Origin: Owenia fusiformis
Lineage: Eukaryota
Length of the DNA stretch: 64,000 nt
Assembly: GCA_903813345.2 (NCBI GenBank)
Contig: CAIIXF020000001.1
Coordinates: 4,030,001 to 4,094,000, forward strand
Reading direction: 5' to 3'
Made by a program: the position numbers and the translations under genes. Of this stretch, positions 1 through 12,700 are shown one piece after another; position 1 is the first letter of the stretch, and each line of letters opens with the position of its first letter. Below the pieces are notes generated by a model. That model had not been told where the DNA came from. It saw only the letters and a program-made list of their open reading frames with translations, and made no database searches.

Positions 1-5
1 TTTAC

Positions 6-3000
6 CTCCAAAGCATGGAGATGTCGCACAGCCATCCAAGTCATCAGAGCATGACTCCCCAGACCAACCATTGTAGCACTGACAGGAGGCATATCTAAAT
101 GTACCCTCACCACCCTAAATGGGAAAAGATGTAGAATATTACGTAATACATGCAGATTGGTCTTTCAAAAGTCAATTTACATTTAATACAACATTATAGA
201 AAATTCTGGAAATTGTATTATCCCCTATTCATTACCTATATCATTACCTTTGGTAGATCATAGTGACAAAGGCCTTCATGGTTGCACGCACACAGTATTA
301 GAGTAGGACGCATGACATCATACAGGCCACTAGAATCTGTTGCTATGATCTCTAGCTGCACAATATCTGAGCCAGGTAGCCACTGAAAGGTCGCTTCATA
401 TGCACCAGGTGATGATGGGCTCTCATTAGTTATTAACTCTCTCCTGTCCACTTCACCAGTGTTACTTGTCAGAGATACAGTGATTGAAACCTAGAATCAA
501 TATTTTTAATCTATATGGTGGAAATGGTGGAAATAAAATTAATTGTAGGGCAGAGTTTCACATTATCAATATCAGGGCTCAAAAATTCTCAATTAAGTAA
601 TAATATTTTTAAGAATAATCACTCAAGTCTTTATACAACAAGAATATTCGAAAATAATTAAATGAATCCTAATTGGTTTAAAACAATGGCTACCTGTTGG
701 CTATAACGATCATAGGCAGCTAGTGGAATAAACATCAATTGGTTTGCCTTGGCCTCAATTCTCTCAAGGACTGTTAGAAAGATGGGTGGTCCATCACCTA
801 AACAAATACAAAGTTACACAAAAATGTGTCTTGTTAGTGGAATATATCATTTCCTATTTAAGTTATTAGAAATAAATTCAAATGATTAAGTAAAATACAA
901 GCAAAATAGTAGCATGGGCGACTGAAACAGATTTTTTCATGTAAAATATTCAAAGATAAAGCATTTAATAAAGATTTTATTCAGTGATATCTAATGCATG
1001 ATATTTAATACATAGTAACATGTGTCACTGCAAAATTTGGTGTATATAGGTTGGGAAATAATAAAAAAGTGGCGAATTTTGGCCCACCATGTATTTGGTA
1101 CCCTCTCTTTCCATACCATTTTTATTATTCGAACATAAAACTGATGTGCAGAGTTTGATGTGGGTTCTGTATGCAACAGAGTGAAAATACATACATATTC
1201 ATCACATACATAAACTTCATAAAATTAAAAATTCCTAAAGTCAATTGTTATGTTACTATGACATCATTCTCTATCCATGGTATTACTATAACATCTCTTT
1301 TAAAATAGAAAATAACCCACTTACTTAATCTTTCATTGATAGAATCAAATGCCTCATTCTGGCTACTGATCCTTGATGCTGCCAATGGGTCTTCATACAT
1401 GATCATATCAAATAAACATGCATTGGACACTGGTGTGTTGTTATATAAAACGCAGTGTGCCAACTCTGAAGCACTCAATGTTATTGGGTCAACGATGTAT
1501 GGGTTGAAGTCAGGTCTGAAGTAGCTGTTAGCATTGTCAGGCTCCTGAGGATATATGCTGAATAAAGTGCCCTTTGCAGCATTTGTAGGCCCAAACACAA
1601 ATCTTAGGGACCCTATAAATACATGTTTACTGTATAAACCATACACAAATAATTGTATGAACTAATATATATGTAGAAGCATAATCCATGTTTTTTTAAA
1701 CAAGAAATATAATACACAAATGTAAAATACAGAAATGGTTGTATTTGTTTTATATCTGAATGTTGTGAGCATTTTTCATCTTTTTTTGCCTTTTCTCCAA
1801 TTCCTAATGAAACCCAGCAGTCCAAACTCTTTCGAACACCAGTAAGTCGCAAGTTGAAGGTTGAGAGTGAGGGTCACAGGTTAATCGGTTTTTATAGCAT
1901 TCCATTATTAATGACCATGTTTCAATTATGGGAGCAAAATCATTCAACAATCCAAATGACCAGATTTGACTGATTGATGGATTGAAAGCCCATGATATGA
2001 CATTGTACAGCCAAGTTATCACTGAAATAAATGACTACGAGTTCAGTTAGCAAATAGATGTAAAATAGAATATGTTTCACATTTCACCCTTTATATTATT
2101 TATACTTAGTATAAATAATATTTCATTTCAAATATATAATGAAATGAAATATTATTTATACTAAGTATCTTACAGAGAGGAAATTCAACCATTCTTTAAA
2201 ACAAGAAACATCCTCACACATTTAGATCACATATCAAAAATTCAAACTTACAACTTTCTCCAAACCTGTAGATATCTTCATTACTCAACAAGTGTGTATC
2301 AAATAATGCACCACGAGAGTCAACAATATCATTGTCGTCCACACCATCGAAATTGCCCATGAGGCCTCTGAAATAACTCTCCTGCAGAAGCAAAGGAACT
2401 TGTAAAGTCAATGCTAAAGCTCTATTCTTAGCCTCAGCAATCACTGTGATGTCTCCTGCAAATGCCAACACTACACTGCCATCTAAAACAAGGCAAATCT
2501 AATTTATAATGCATGTATCATCATGGAATTAACATGGAAAATGTCACCACCTGCCATTTGTTATATATGCTTTACACCAACTGCTGTGTCACAAAGAAGT
2601 TGGAGAATATAACAATATGGCACTACATGTAATATAGGAGGTTAAGGTTAGAAACTATTTAGAGCGATCAGAAGGTACTGTAAAATGTTTGGAGCAATCT
2701 TCAAGCCAAAGATTTCAGGATTGATGGTTTTAAAGCACTTACTGGTTTTGGCAACAGCAGCTCCATGGATGACATCTCCGGGTTTATATACATCTTCATC
2801 TACGACCACATCGACATCCATAGCATCTGAGCTGAGGTAGGCTTGCAGACGTGGACCATCACCCACTCTCCCTGCCACACCACTAAAATCAGAGTTATCT
2901 TGATACTTGCGTAGTTTTAGGCCTTCTTTTGACTTTATCAGCCTACATGTACATAAAAAAGCTAGCTTTATTGTGACCATGCATCCTTTGTCCAAAATAT

Positions 3001-6000
3001 CACAATTAGAACTTCAATTGTTTTAGCTAAAGGGTGAAACATATTTCACATTGGATTACATACCTAGTAGAGTAACCTACTTTGTATCGGAGTCAATAGA
3101 AAAGTGGCAGGCTACAAAGACCTTATACAAATATCTACCTAACATAAATTACCTAACAACTTGTTCTTAGTTTCATTTATAGAAGGAAATAAGTGATGTA
3201 TGTGTGACATCACAATACAAAGCTGCCTTGATAATAATGGTATACTTGTACAATGAATTGATTCAATGTATCAAATATCTGTTAGGTATACATGTATTAC
3301 CATTCTGAAAATGAAAATGACAACACGAGACAATGAGATGCGGAATAATTACTCACTTATTTCTATAGTTTCACTTACCTGATATACACAGCCTGTTTGC
3401 CATCAGGATGCACAGTGTCTGCAATGGAGGTCCTTATCTGCAGCATAATGTCAACAAGGGCCCCAGTTTTGGACCAAAGAAGCATGTATTCACCATAACC
3501 ATTAAATGTATACTCATACGCATCAAGGGTACTGTAATGTGGACCACCAAGAATATAACCTAAAAAGCAACAAAATGAACATGTAATTGACACGTGGAAT
3601 TAATATTGCCAGTGACTTACATTGTTCAGTTCTTTTATGACTTTTGCAAAAAATGAAATTCATCTCACCTTGTTCCAAATATTTGTACGCCAAACTATTA
3701 GCAAGTGGCCGCTTTTCAATATAGCGATCACAATATGATGTCATCTTAACATCCTCACAGCAGAGTTTGTATGGGAGGTAGTCATGTTCATGGTGCAGCT
3801 GTGCATCTATGTTTGGAGAGTACCTCATGACAAGCCCCAGATCAGAGTAATCAACCCCCAGATGGTAGTTTCCCACTAATGTACTAGAGGACTCGTAGCA
3901 ACATCGGACACTAGCACCTGGACAATAGACACCATTATTATATTACCACCTTTCATAAATGCCACATTTCAAGTTGAATTTGAATGCTGCAATCATTATA
4001 TAGCATGAACCTTGAAATTATCAAAGTGTTACCACAATCTCCTATGTTGTCTAAATTGTTATGATTATCCTTAGTGTTACATTAATAGTATGTACAGTAC
4101 ACTGATGTAAAGCTATACCTCATCTCTGAAGTCTCAACATTTAATTGCCCAAAGTGTTACCATTGTCTGAAGTGTTACCATTATCTAAAGTGTTGTCAAC
4201 CAGTGTCTGTAGTGATACCAATATCAATATCATCTTGTCTACAGTGTTACCATTATCTAAAGTGTTGTCAACCAGTATCTGAAGTGATACCAATGTCAAG
4301 ATCATCTTGTCTACAGTATTACCATTATCTTAAGAGTGAATAATTACCATTGCCTAAAGCAACTAATTTGTTGTAGCAGTAAAAGCCACTTGTAGTTGGT
4401 AACTCTTCTCTTAGGAAGTTTCTGTCAAGGTCTGCTAGCTCTGTGCTTGGTGGACAGACATTGTTAACACCTTCTGCCCAATCACTTGCACTACCCTCAT
4501 TCTAGAATAGAAATGTTACATGGATAACAGAAATTGAGGGATTGCAAGGTATGTTATGTTAATAATTGTTTAAAACAAATAAGTTTGAATTGTTTGAATC
4601 TAAAACAATTTGTTCATGAAAGGTATATATCTGGTCTAACCGATGCAACAATGCAACAATTTTTGGATTAATAACATAATTTCTCACAAAAAATCATTTC
4701 TCACATTTAACCAATCATTGCAGCGCTTCCTTGGGTTAATAAAGCTATCATCATTGAAATCCAATCTATAGCCTGCTATGCCTTTAACATTAAGACCCTG
4801 GAGGTTTTTCTCTGATACTCTATATGCATTGAGGCTGTCAGGTGTGGCGGCCCATTCGCCAGAGTTCTCATCCTCAACCACAAAGAGTGTATCATCAGAT
4901 CTACAGAGGAAATATCCGATTTTCGCTGGGTAGCCATTGTAGCGGAACAGGTTTTCTGAGAAGCTGGAATTTTAAGGCAATGGTTAAGTAAATGATTGTT
5001 GAATTTAAAGTGAATCTTTTGAGAAAACCTCCTTTCCACAAAATCTAAGTTTTTCATTTCCAACCAAAGTAATGAAGCAATGAAATTCTATACCATGAAA
5101 TAAATCTACTTCATGTATATTCTGTCTTTTGACCCATCACAGGGGACCATGTTCAGGGTCAATAAAAGCAGAAAAGTTTAAATTTTTAACTTTCATTTTA
5201 AAGATCTCTCTGAAAAGTTTATTATTCCTAAATGAAACACATTTTTTAGGGCAAATGTTCTTACTTGTAGCCAGTAGGCTGCCAGGTCATCCCCTCATCT
5301 TCATAGATAAAGAAAGTGAATGATGATATTGAGTTTGTCACGATTATGGCTTGGAATGTATTTCGCTGAAATATACAGTATACATGTAGTACTATGCATT
5401 TTTTAAAGCATGGCTTGAGAAAATGGCAAGCTATGGACACATACATCCTTCTTGAAATGACAAAAATCTTCTCTGACACTAATTAGACCACATGCGTTCA
5501 TACTTAGAATACCATTAGTGTGAACCATTAGTTATTCCTAATAAAGTCACAATTCATCTACTTCTATAAATTGATTTGTTCAATAAGAAATGTTGACCAT
5601 TGTGTTAATGGACAATCAAAGAAGTGACGACAAAAAATATTTGTGGAGTTACACACCTCCGTGGAGCTAGCAGGATAAGCTGGAGCCATGTTATCCCATG
5701 TGGCTTTCAGTATAAACTCAGGCTGGTAGTCAAACACACCTAAGACACTGAGCATAAGATACTGAACTTGAGACACAATGTCTGTGTGTGTCTTGTCATA
5801 GACTTGATACCACACCTACAACATGTGAACAGTGTATAAATATTGGCTATAATATGAAGGGATATATTGTATATTTAAGTTTATCCTGAGGGATGATATG
5901 ATATGTTCCCAAGGGATCTATGTGAACCCCCACATTATACAAACAAATAAAAAATATCTTGAGTGAGTAGTTACTGCAGGCATTGTACATTGAGTAGATG

Positions 6001-6783
6001 ATATTTTGTGAAGACACCTACAAAAGTGTGTTGTTTTTGAACAGATGTCTCAAGACAATGTGTGCAATAAATAAATGCTATTCTGCATCATACAAACAAC
6101 CAAAACATTTGTGTCATTGTATGTATGTCCCAGATAAATGAGAATGCATTGGAAGCATACAACTCATGTATTAAGTATCCTATGTAAAGCACTACCTTAA
6201 AGAACCTTGAAGAAGGGTGATTGTCTGCCCAGAATGGCATAATAAAACCACCTATTTCTTCCTCCATTGTTGGCAGTGTATACTGTGCTAGGTTCACAGT
6301 ATGTTTGAACGTGTTCTTCTGGAAAGATGGCACTAACTTGTTGCTGATTATGATCATACCATTTTCAACGAGCTGGAAGGAAAGCCGTCAAAGTTAATAA
6401 ACATAGAGCTCAAAGTACATGAAATTATAAAACCAAGGAGCCATCCAAAACTTAATGAACTCATTAGCATACTTGGTGAAGATTGCATGCCATGATTATG
6501 AAATATTGATATACTACCATTCTTGCTGCAGGGGTATTTTACAAGTATGAATTTAAGCATAAATGATGTCTTTTGAAGAAGGATGACACTACATTCGTCA
6601 TTAAGTTATAACTAAACAAGTCATCTCAGAAACTTACATAAAGTGAGTTGTACAGCTGACCATCTATTGTTGGGAATCCCTCATCAATTGTGATATAGTC
6701 AGAGACTCTTTCTTTGCCCACATGGCTGTATTGTGTCACCTCAATGTCTCCCACTTCAGCACCAAAATCAAACAAACGCTTCT
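6..6783 (-). CDS. NIDO-AMOP-vWD-(Ig-like)-EGF exons of the giant gene
   Basis: NIDO motifs: LFDFGAEVGD, IMPFWAD, ILKATWDNM, NTFQAIIVT...FTFFIYEDEGMTW. AMOP: NPRKRCNDWL, VCPPSTELADLD, VRCCYE, DYLPYKLCC...YCDRYIEKRP. vWD: GGPHYSTLDAYEYTFNGYGEY, RGLMGNFDGVDDND, DIYRFGESW. C-terminal LCACNHEGLC EGF-type cysteines. Confidence 0.88.
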
Positions 6784-9700
6784 CTACATTGAACAAGAAA
6801 GAATAACTCATTAAAGATGGAATGGTGATCAGCAAATTAATGTACGAGGCCCGATCAGAAAGTAAGTAACCAAGTGCTCTTATTTTTCCATACTTTATTC
6901 AATCACATTGAAATTTTCACAGATGATGTAGAAAATATTGACCTATTTAACAAGATCTAAGGAAATGGTCTTGCGTCAATTCCATTGTTATGGCTGTTGC
7001 TATGGTGACAATTGTTTTGGGTAGGCGGGGCACCCTTTTGTGGCGTTTGAAGATACTCAGGTAGAGTTTTTCTACATGTTGTTATACCCCCAAATATATC
7101 AAATTTACATGTGTGACTACATTTTAATTCCTAGTTCTCCCAAATAATCGCTACCAAAGTCAATGCAGTTAAAGCATTGAATCAAAATGATAAAAGCTTA
7201 AGAGTAAGTCTTTGGTTTCTCGTATCCTAGTTTGGACTATTGCAGCATTTGTGTTTGAGAGATTGTTATTATGTGTTTTATGTTATAAGTAAAAACTGTA
7301 CAATGAACAAGAAGTACACAGATACATACCTATACATTTCAGTGTGTCTGAGCCTGGTTTTGGTTTGTATCTTTTATCACAGTGGCATAAATGTGAACCA
7401 ATTATGTTCTCACATGTTGAGTGGGCAGGACAGTTGTGGGTTTCCTCTGAACACTCATCAATATCTGTAAATACAGAAAGACTTACCCTGAAGTTCAGCA
7501 AGCCACACTAGACTCTGATTATAACATGATTTAAGTTTTATTGCTGTATCTGAACAATTTCATATTTAACTTGAACTTAAATGAAAGTTGTAATAGGAAA
7601 TGTATGCATTTTCTGATGAGATCTATATGAATGCACTGCAGGTCAGAAAGTGTCTCTGATTTGAAAAGTGCAGACAAATACGAGTTTTTCTAAGGATAAA
7701 ATTAAGAGAAAAAAACATCAAATGGGGAAAGTCATAAATTGATATTTCTTACCAATGCAGTCTCTTTCTTGTGGTTTGAATCCCTGTTTACAAGTACAGG
7801 TGAAACCACCAGGTGTGTTCATACAGGTGGAGTTAATGTGGCAGTCATTTTTAGAGAACTCACTCTCCTCTGCTAGACTACACTCATCAATATCTGAAAA
7901 TGTTTTATTCACATACATTATATGAGTAGTAACTACATAAACTGCTAGCCTAAATTGTTCAGGTACAATGTCGGTATCATCTTCCACATCTTTTCTCAGA
8001 TTTTTCTTTGCCTGAAAAAAAGGTATTCAATCTTTTTTACTTAGTTTTTGAATTACTTTTAATTTTCTCAATTGTACTTCATGTTTAACAAAATCAATGT
8101 TCGCAAAATCGATATGGGCTGCAAGTATTGTTTGGATATGTTGTCTGTACATCGTATATTAAACACTTTCACTCCTATACATCAAAGGTTTACTCTTGTC
8201 TATGTTTTCAAGGCATTGTTTTCAATTCAATGAATTGAAAATAATCAATGAAAAATACATGACTTTTTTCATCTGTTGAAACAAAACCTTGAAAATCCAT
8301 TGAACAACCATAATACAACCATTGATGTCCAAAATTCAAGATTGAACATTTTTAACAGGGATATACCTTCACATCTAAGGAAGATTTCTGGATTCGTCTC
8401 ATTCATCTTTTTAGTATATCCTATGGCACAGTCACAACTGAAGGACTTGCCCTTGTCCTGGTACAGACAAATACCTCCCTTATCAGCAAAGCAGGGGTCC
8501 TTGTCACACCATTTGATGTGATCTGAAAAGAGCAATTAGTCATTTAATGGATCATTTTTATAACTTTTCGAGTTTGTCATTTAAACATCCTTTAAAATGT
8601 GTTCAGTGAAGATTTTATAAGTGTATGCTTTTATATGTAGACTTCAAATAATGTATGATATCACTTTCATTTGAATATCTTATGACTTAAATCCAGAATA
8701 TTTTTATTTGCATCTAGCTAATCTATTGTAACATTGCCAGAAGTAATAGGTCAAGATTATCATATTCTACTATACCATCTTCACAGCCCCTGATAAAGCA
8801 ATCTGTGCTTAGAGTGTTAGATATGCCATTCTCCCAGAGACAGTAGCGCCCTCCATTAGCGGGGGCAGGGGAATCACAAGTTCGATGTCTGCAACGAAAA
8901 GAAAGTACTCTTGGTAATTGGGCTAAACAAAATATCAGAAAATAATTCTATTTCACTAAGTAATACTTGTCTCAGAAGACATTCTCAGAAGTTATTCCTA
9001 TATTTCATAAAGCCTCAAACAGGCTTGTGATTTACTCAATAAGATAAAAGATAAATTCAAGATTTTTATAAAGATTTATCTAAATTTACCTGTAGAATTT
9101 TCCAGGTCCACAACCAGAGCTACAATCTGTCAGACTGATTGCTGACCACTCACTCCATCCACCATTTGCTGGAGTAGAGTTTAAATTTCGTTTTCAGAAC
9201 TTGGTGAAATAAACAAAATACTAACAGTATGTTGTCCTTAAGTGACTCATAGCGTCCTTTTCAGTATTCTTGAGCAAAATAAAGACTTCATTTTCACCAC
9301 ATCAGGTCTACACATAATGATGTATAAAAATTGTTACTTTTGAAGTTTGGATTATATACACTGTATCAGTGGTAATTTTTCCTAATCATTTAATTGCCTT
9401 AATTGCCAGGTTCGGAAAATTAAATGTCGGAAATATTATCTTCATAATGTTAACCAATGGGAAGTTTTTTGTCATTAGGAAAATTAAAATTAGGAAAAAA
9501 TAATAAACTTGACCATTCGTCAAATTAACCACTCAGATTTAATTCCACTTATACAGTATACATGGAAAGACAGTTTTCCAAAAAGACAACAGAAACAACT
9601 TATAACTATATGAACTTCAAGACAAATATGTGGACAAACAGGATCTGAACTTATGAGCAATTCCTGAGAGGATATATAATAATCCTCCTTTCTTTTGTAA

Positions 9701-12700
9701 CTTACTATGTTCACAGGCAGGTCCAGAGAATGTGTCTCTGCAATCGCACGTGAAGCTGTTAACGCCCTCTATACACTCTCCTTTATTGTTGCAAGAATCT
9801 TCTTTACAATCGGGAATATCTGCAAAAAAATCGTATTAAAACAGTATTGACATAACACGAGGGTTTCTCATACAAAGGTTGTGAAGTTCACAGAATATAT
9901 GTGAGTAATATAATCAGAAGTCTACTTTTTAGAAAAAAGTTCTCTAAAACAAAAAAAAAATTAGTACTGTGGGTACTGGGCTCACATGGTGACAGAAAAA
10001 AACGGATATAATTTTTTGTTGCAAAATTATTTCAAGCAGTCTGTTTCTCAGTCAATTAAAATGGCTGAAAAAAAAAACGGATATAATTTTTTGCCAATAA
10101 TTTGTAACAAAATTATTTCATACAACTACTCTTTACAGTGACATGGCTTTTTGCAATGCAAGACACCTGAAATTATTTGTAAAGCTAGGAAATGGGCCAA
10201 AATTGAATGGCAACCATTTTGAAATCAGGCAAGCTTTTGAACCAGGAGTCATAGGGGAGTTTTTTGTATTGATGTTGAACAAAAATAACTTGAAACTGGA
10301 ATCCTATCGACAGAGGTTTTAAGCAAATGGTCCAAAAGAGGATTTCGCGAGACAGATGGACAAATCAATGTTAACTAAAATGGCTGAAAATAAAAAAAAT
10401 GGATATAATAGTTTGCCGATTTTTTGTAACAAAATTATTTCATACAACTACCTTTTACAGTGACATGGCTTTTTACAAGGCAGGACAGCTGAAATTATTT
10501 GTAAAGCTAGGAAATGGGCAAAAAGTGAATTTCGCGAAACAAGAATAGCAACCATTTTGAAAGTAGGCGAGCTTTTGAACCAAGAGTCATAGGAGAGTTT
10601 TTTGTATTGATGTTGAACAAAATTAACTTAAAATGGGAATCTTATCGACAGAGGGTTTAAGGTAAATGGTCCAAAAGTGGATTTTGCGAGACAGATGGAC
10701 AAATCAATGTTAACTAAAATGGCTGAAAATAAATAAATGGATATAATTTTTCGCTGATTTTTCGTAACAAAATTATTTCATACATCTACTCTTTACATTG
10801 ACATGGATTTTTATCAAAAGTGAATTTCGGAAGACAAAAATGGCGGCCATTTTGAAAATAGGCGAGCTTTTGAACCAGGAGTCATAAGGGAGTTTTCTGA
10901 ATTGATGTCGAACAGAAATAACTTAAAACAGGAATCCTATCGACAGAGGTTTTAAAACGTGCCACTGTTATTGACAGAAAGTGGATTTCGCGAGTCAAAA
11001 AGACAAATCAATGTTAACTAAAATGGCTGAAAATAAAAAAATGGATACAATTTTTCGCTGATTTTTTGTAACAAAATTATTTCATATATCTAATCTTTAC
11101 ATAGACATGGATTTTTACAATGTAGGACACCTGAAATTATTTGTAAAGCTAGGAAATGGGCCAAAAGTGAATTCCGCGAGACAAAAGTGACGGCCATTTT
11201 GAAAATAGGCGAGCTTTTGAACCAGGGGTCATAGGGGGGTTTTCTGTATTGATGTTGAACAGAAATAACTTAACACAGGAATCCTATCGACAGAGGTTAG
11301 CTAGGAAATGGGCTAAAAGTGAATTTCGCGAGACAAAAGTGAAGGCCATTTTGAAAATAGGTGAGCTTTTGAACCAGGAGTCATAGGGGAGTTTTCTGTA
11401 TTGATGTTGAACAGAAATATCTTAAAACAGGAATCCTATCGACAGAGGTTTTAAAACGTGCCACTATTGTTGACGGACGGACAGACAGACGGACAAGTGA
11501 GTGATTGCAAAAGCTCACCATGTGAGCTAAAAACAGCTTTTGATTCCATTTGAAATAATATTTTGACGTTCATAACGTAGATCAAACTTGGCATCATGGC
11601 ACTTTATATAAAATGTGTCTGTACCTGTGCAATTAAAGCCATCTCCTTGGAAGCCATCTTTGCAGTAACATGTAAAACTACCATCAGTATCTTTGCACTC
11701 TGCATGCTCACTACAGGGTAGGTCAGATTCCATGCACTCATTTATATCTAAATAAATGAAGTGTGCCAATCAGTAGCAGAATACATTTACATGGTGGATG
11801 GGAATCAACAGCAAAAGTTAGGCATAAAAAACAACATAAGCAAAGTTTTGGCACTTGTGCGTACATGTCTGGTGACTATAAAAGCAAAAATAGCAATAAA
11901 AAGATAATTTCAGGTGAGCCTTGTTGGTTCACACATAGGCTTCAAAATATTTTTTAGTGATAATAGCAAATATTATCTGCTAGCATTTAGGTTTGCACTG
12001 TGCATTGTTTTATTTGAAATACGATAAATGAATCCTGAATCTATGCATTTTCATGACAAGAACTTTATGAACTAGCTTACTACTGCAAACTTGGTAACCA
12101 TCGTCAACATGTTCAGAGTAGCCCTTGTTGCATATACACTGGTGTGTGCCAGCAAGGTCTAGGCAGTGGGAGTTAGGTATAGTAAGACAAAGGGTGTCAT
12201 CTATAGCACATACATCAATGTCTGAAACATACAATAAACATATTAATACACAAGTACATGTACATTAGCACATACATCAATATCTGAAATATAGAAAAGA
12301 CATAAATATTTTCATTATTATTTAATAACAATTCAACTACAGTTCAAGTAAACCACTTTCAACACTAATTTTTAATTAGTTTCAATTTATTGGTTAATTG
12401 CGGTTGACCCAATAAATCAAACACATACGTAATTAAACATCACAAATCAATACATTTGTAATGTACATGTTTACTGAGACTAACATAAAATAATATTTCA
12501 TGTTAGTCTCAGATGTTTATAACTGACCTACGCAGGTGAATCCATCTCCAGCAAATCCTGTGAGACACGTGCATTGAAAGCCTGCACCAGCGAGACTGTC
12601 TATGCTGTAAGGAAGGTCTGTACATGTGGCGTGTATGTCACAGTTGTGAACACCACTGTCACACTCATTCACAGAATCTGAAACCCATTAGTAATTCGTA

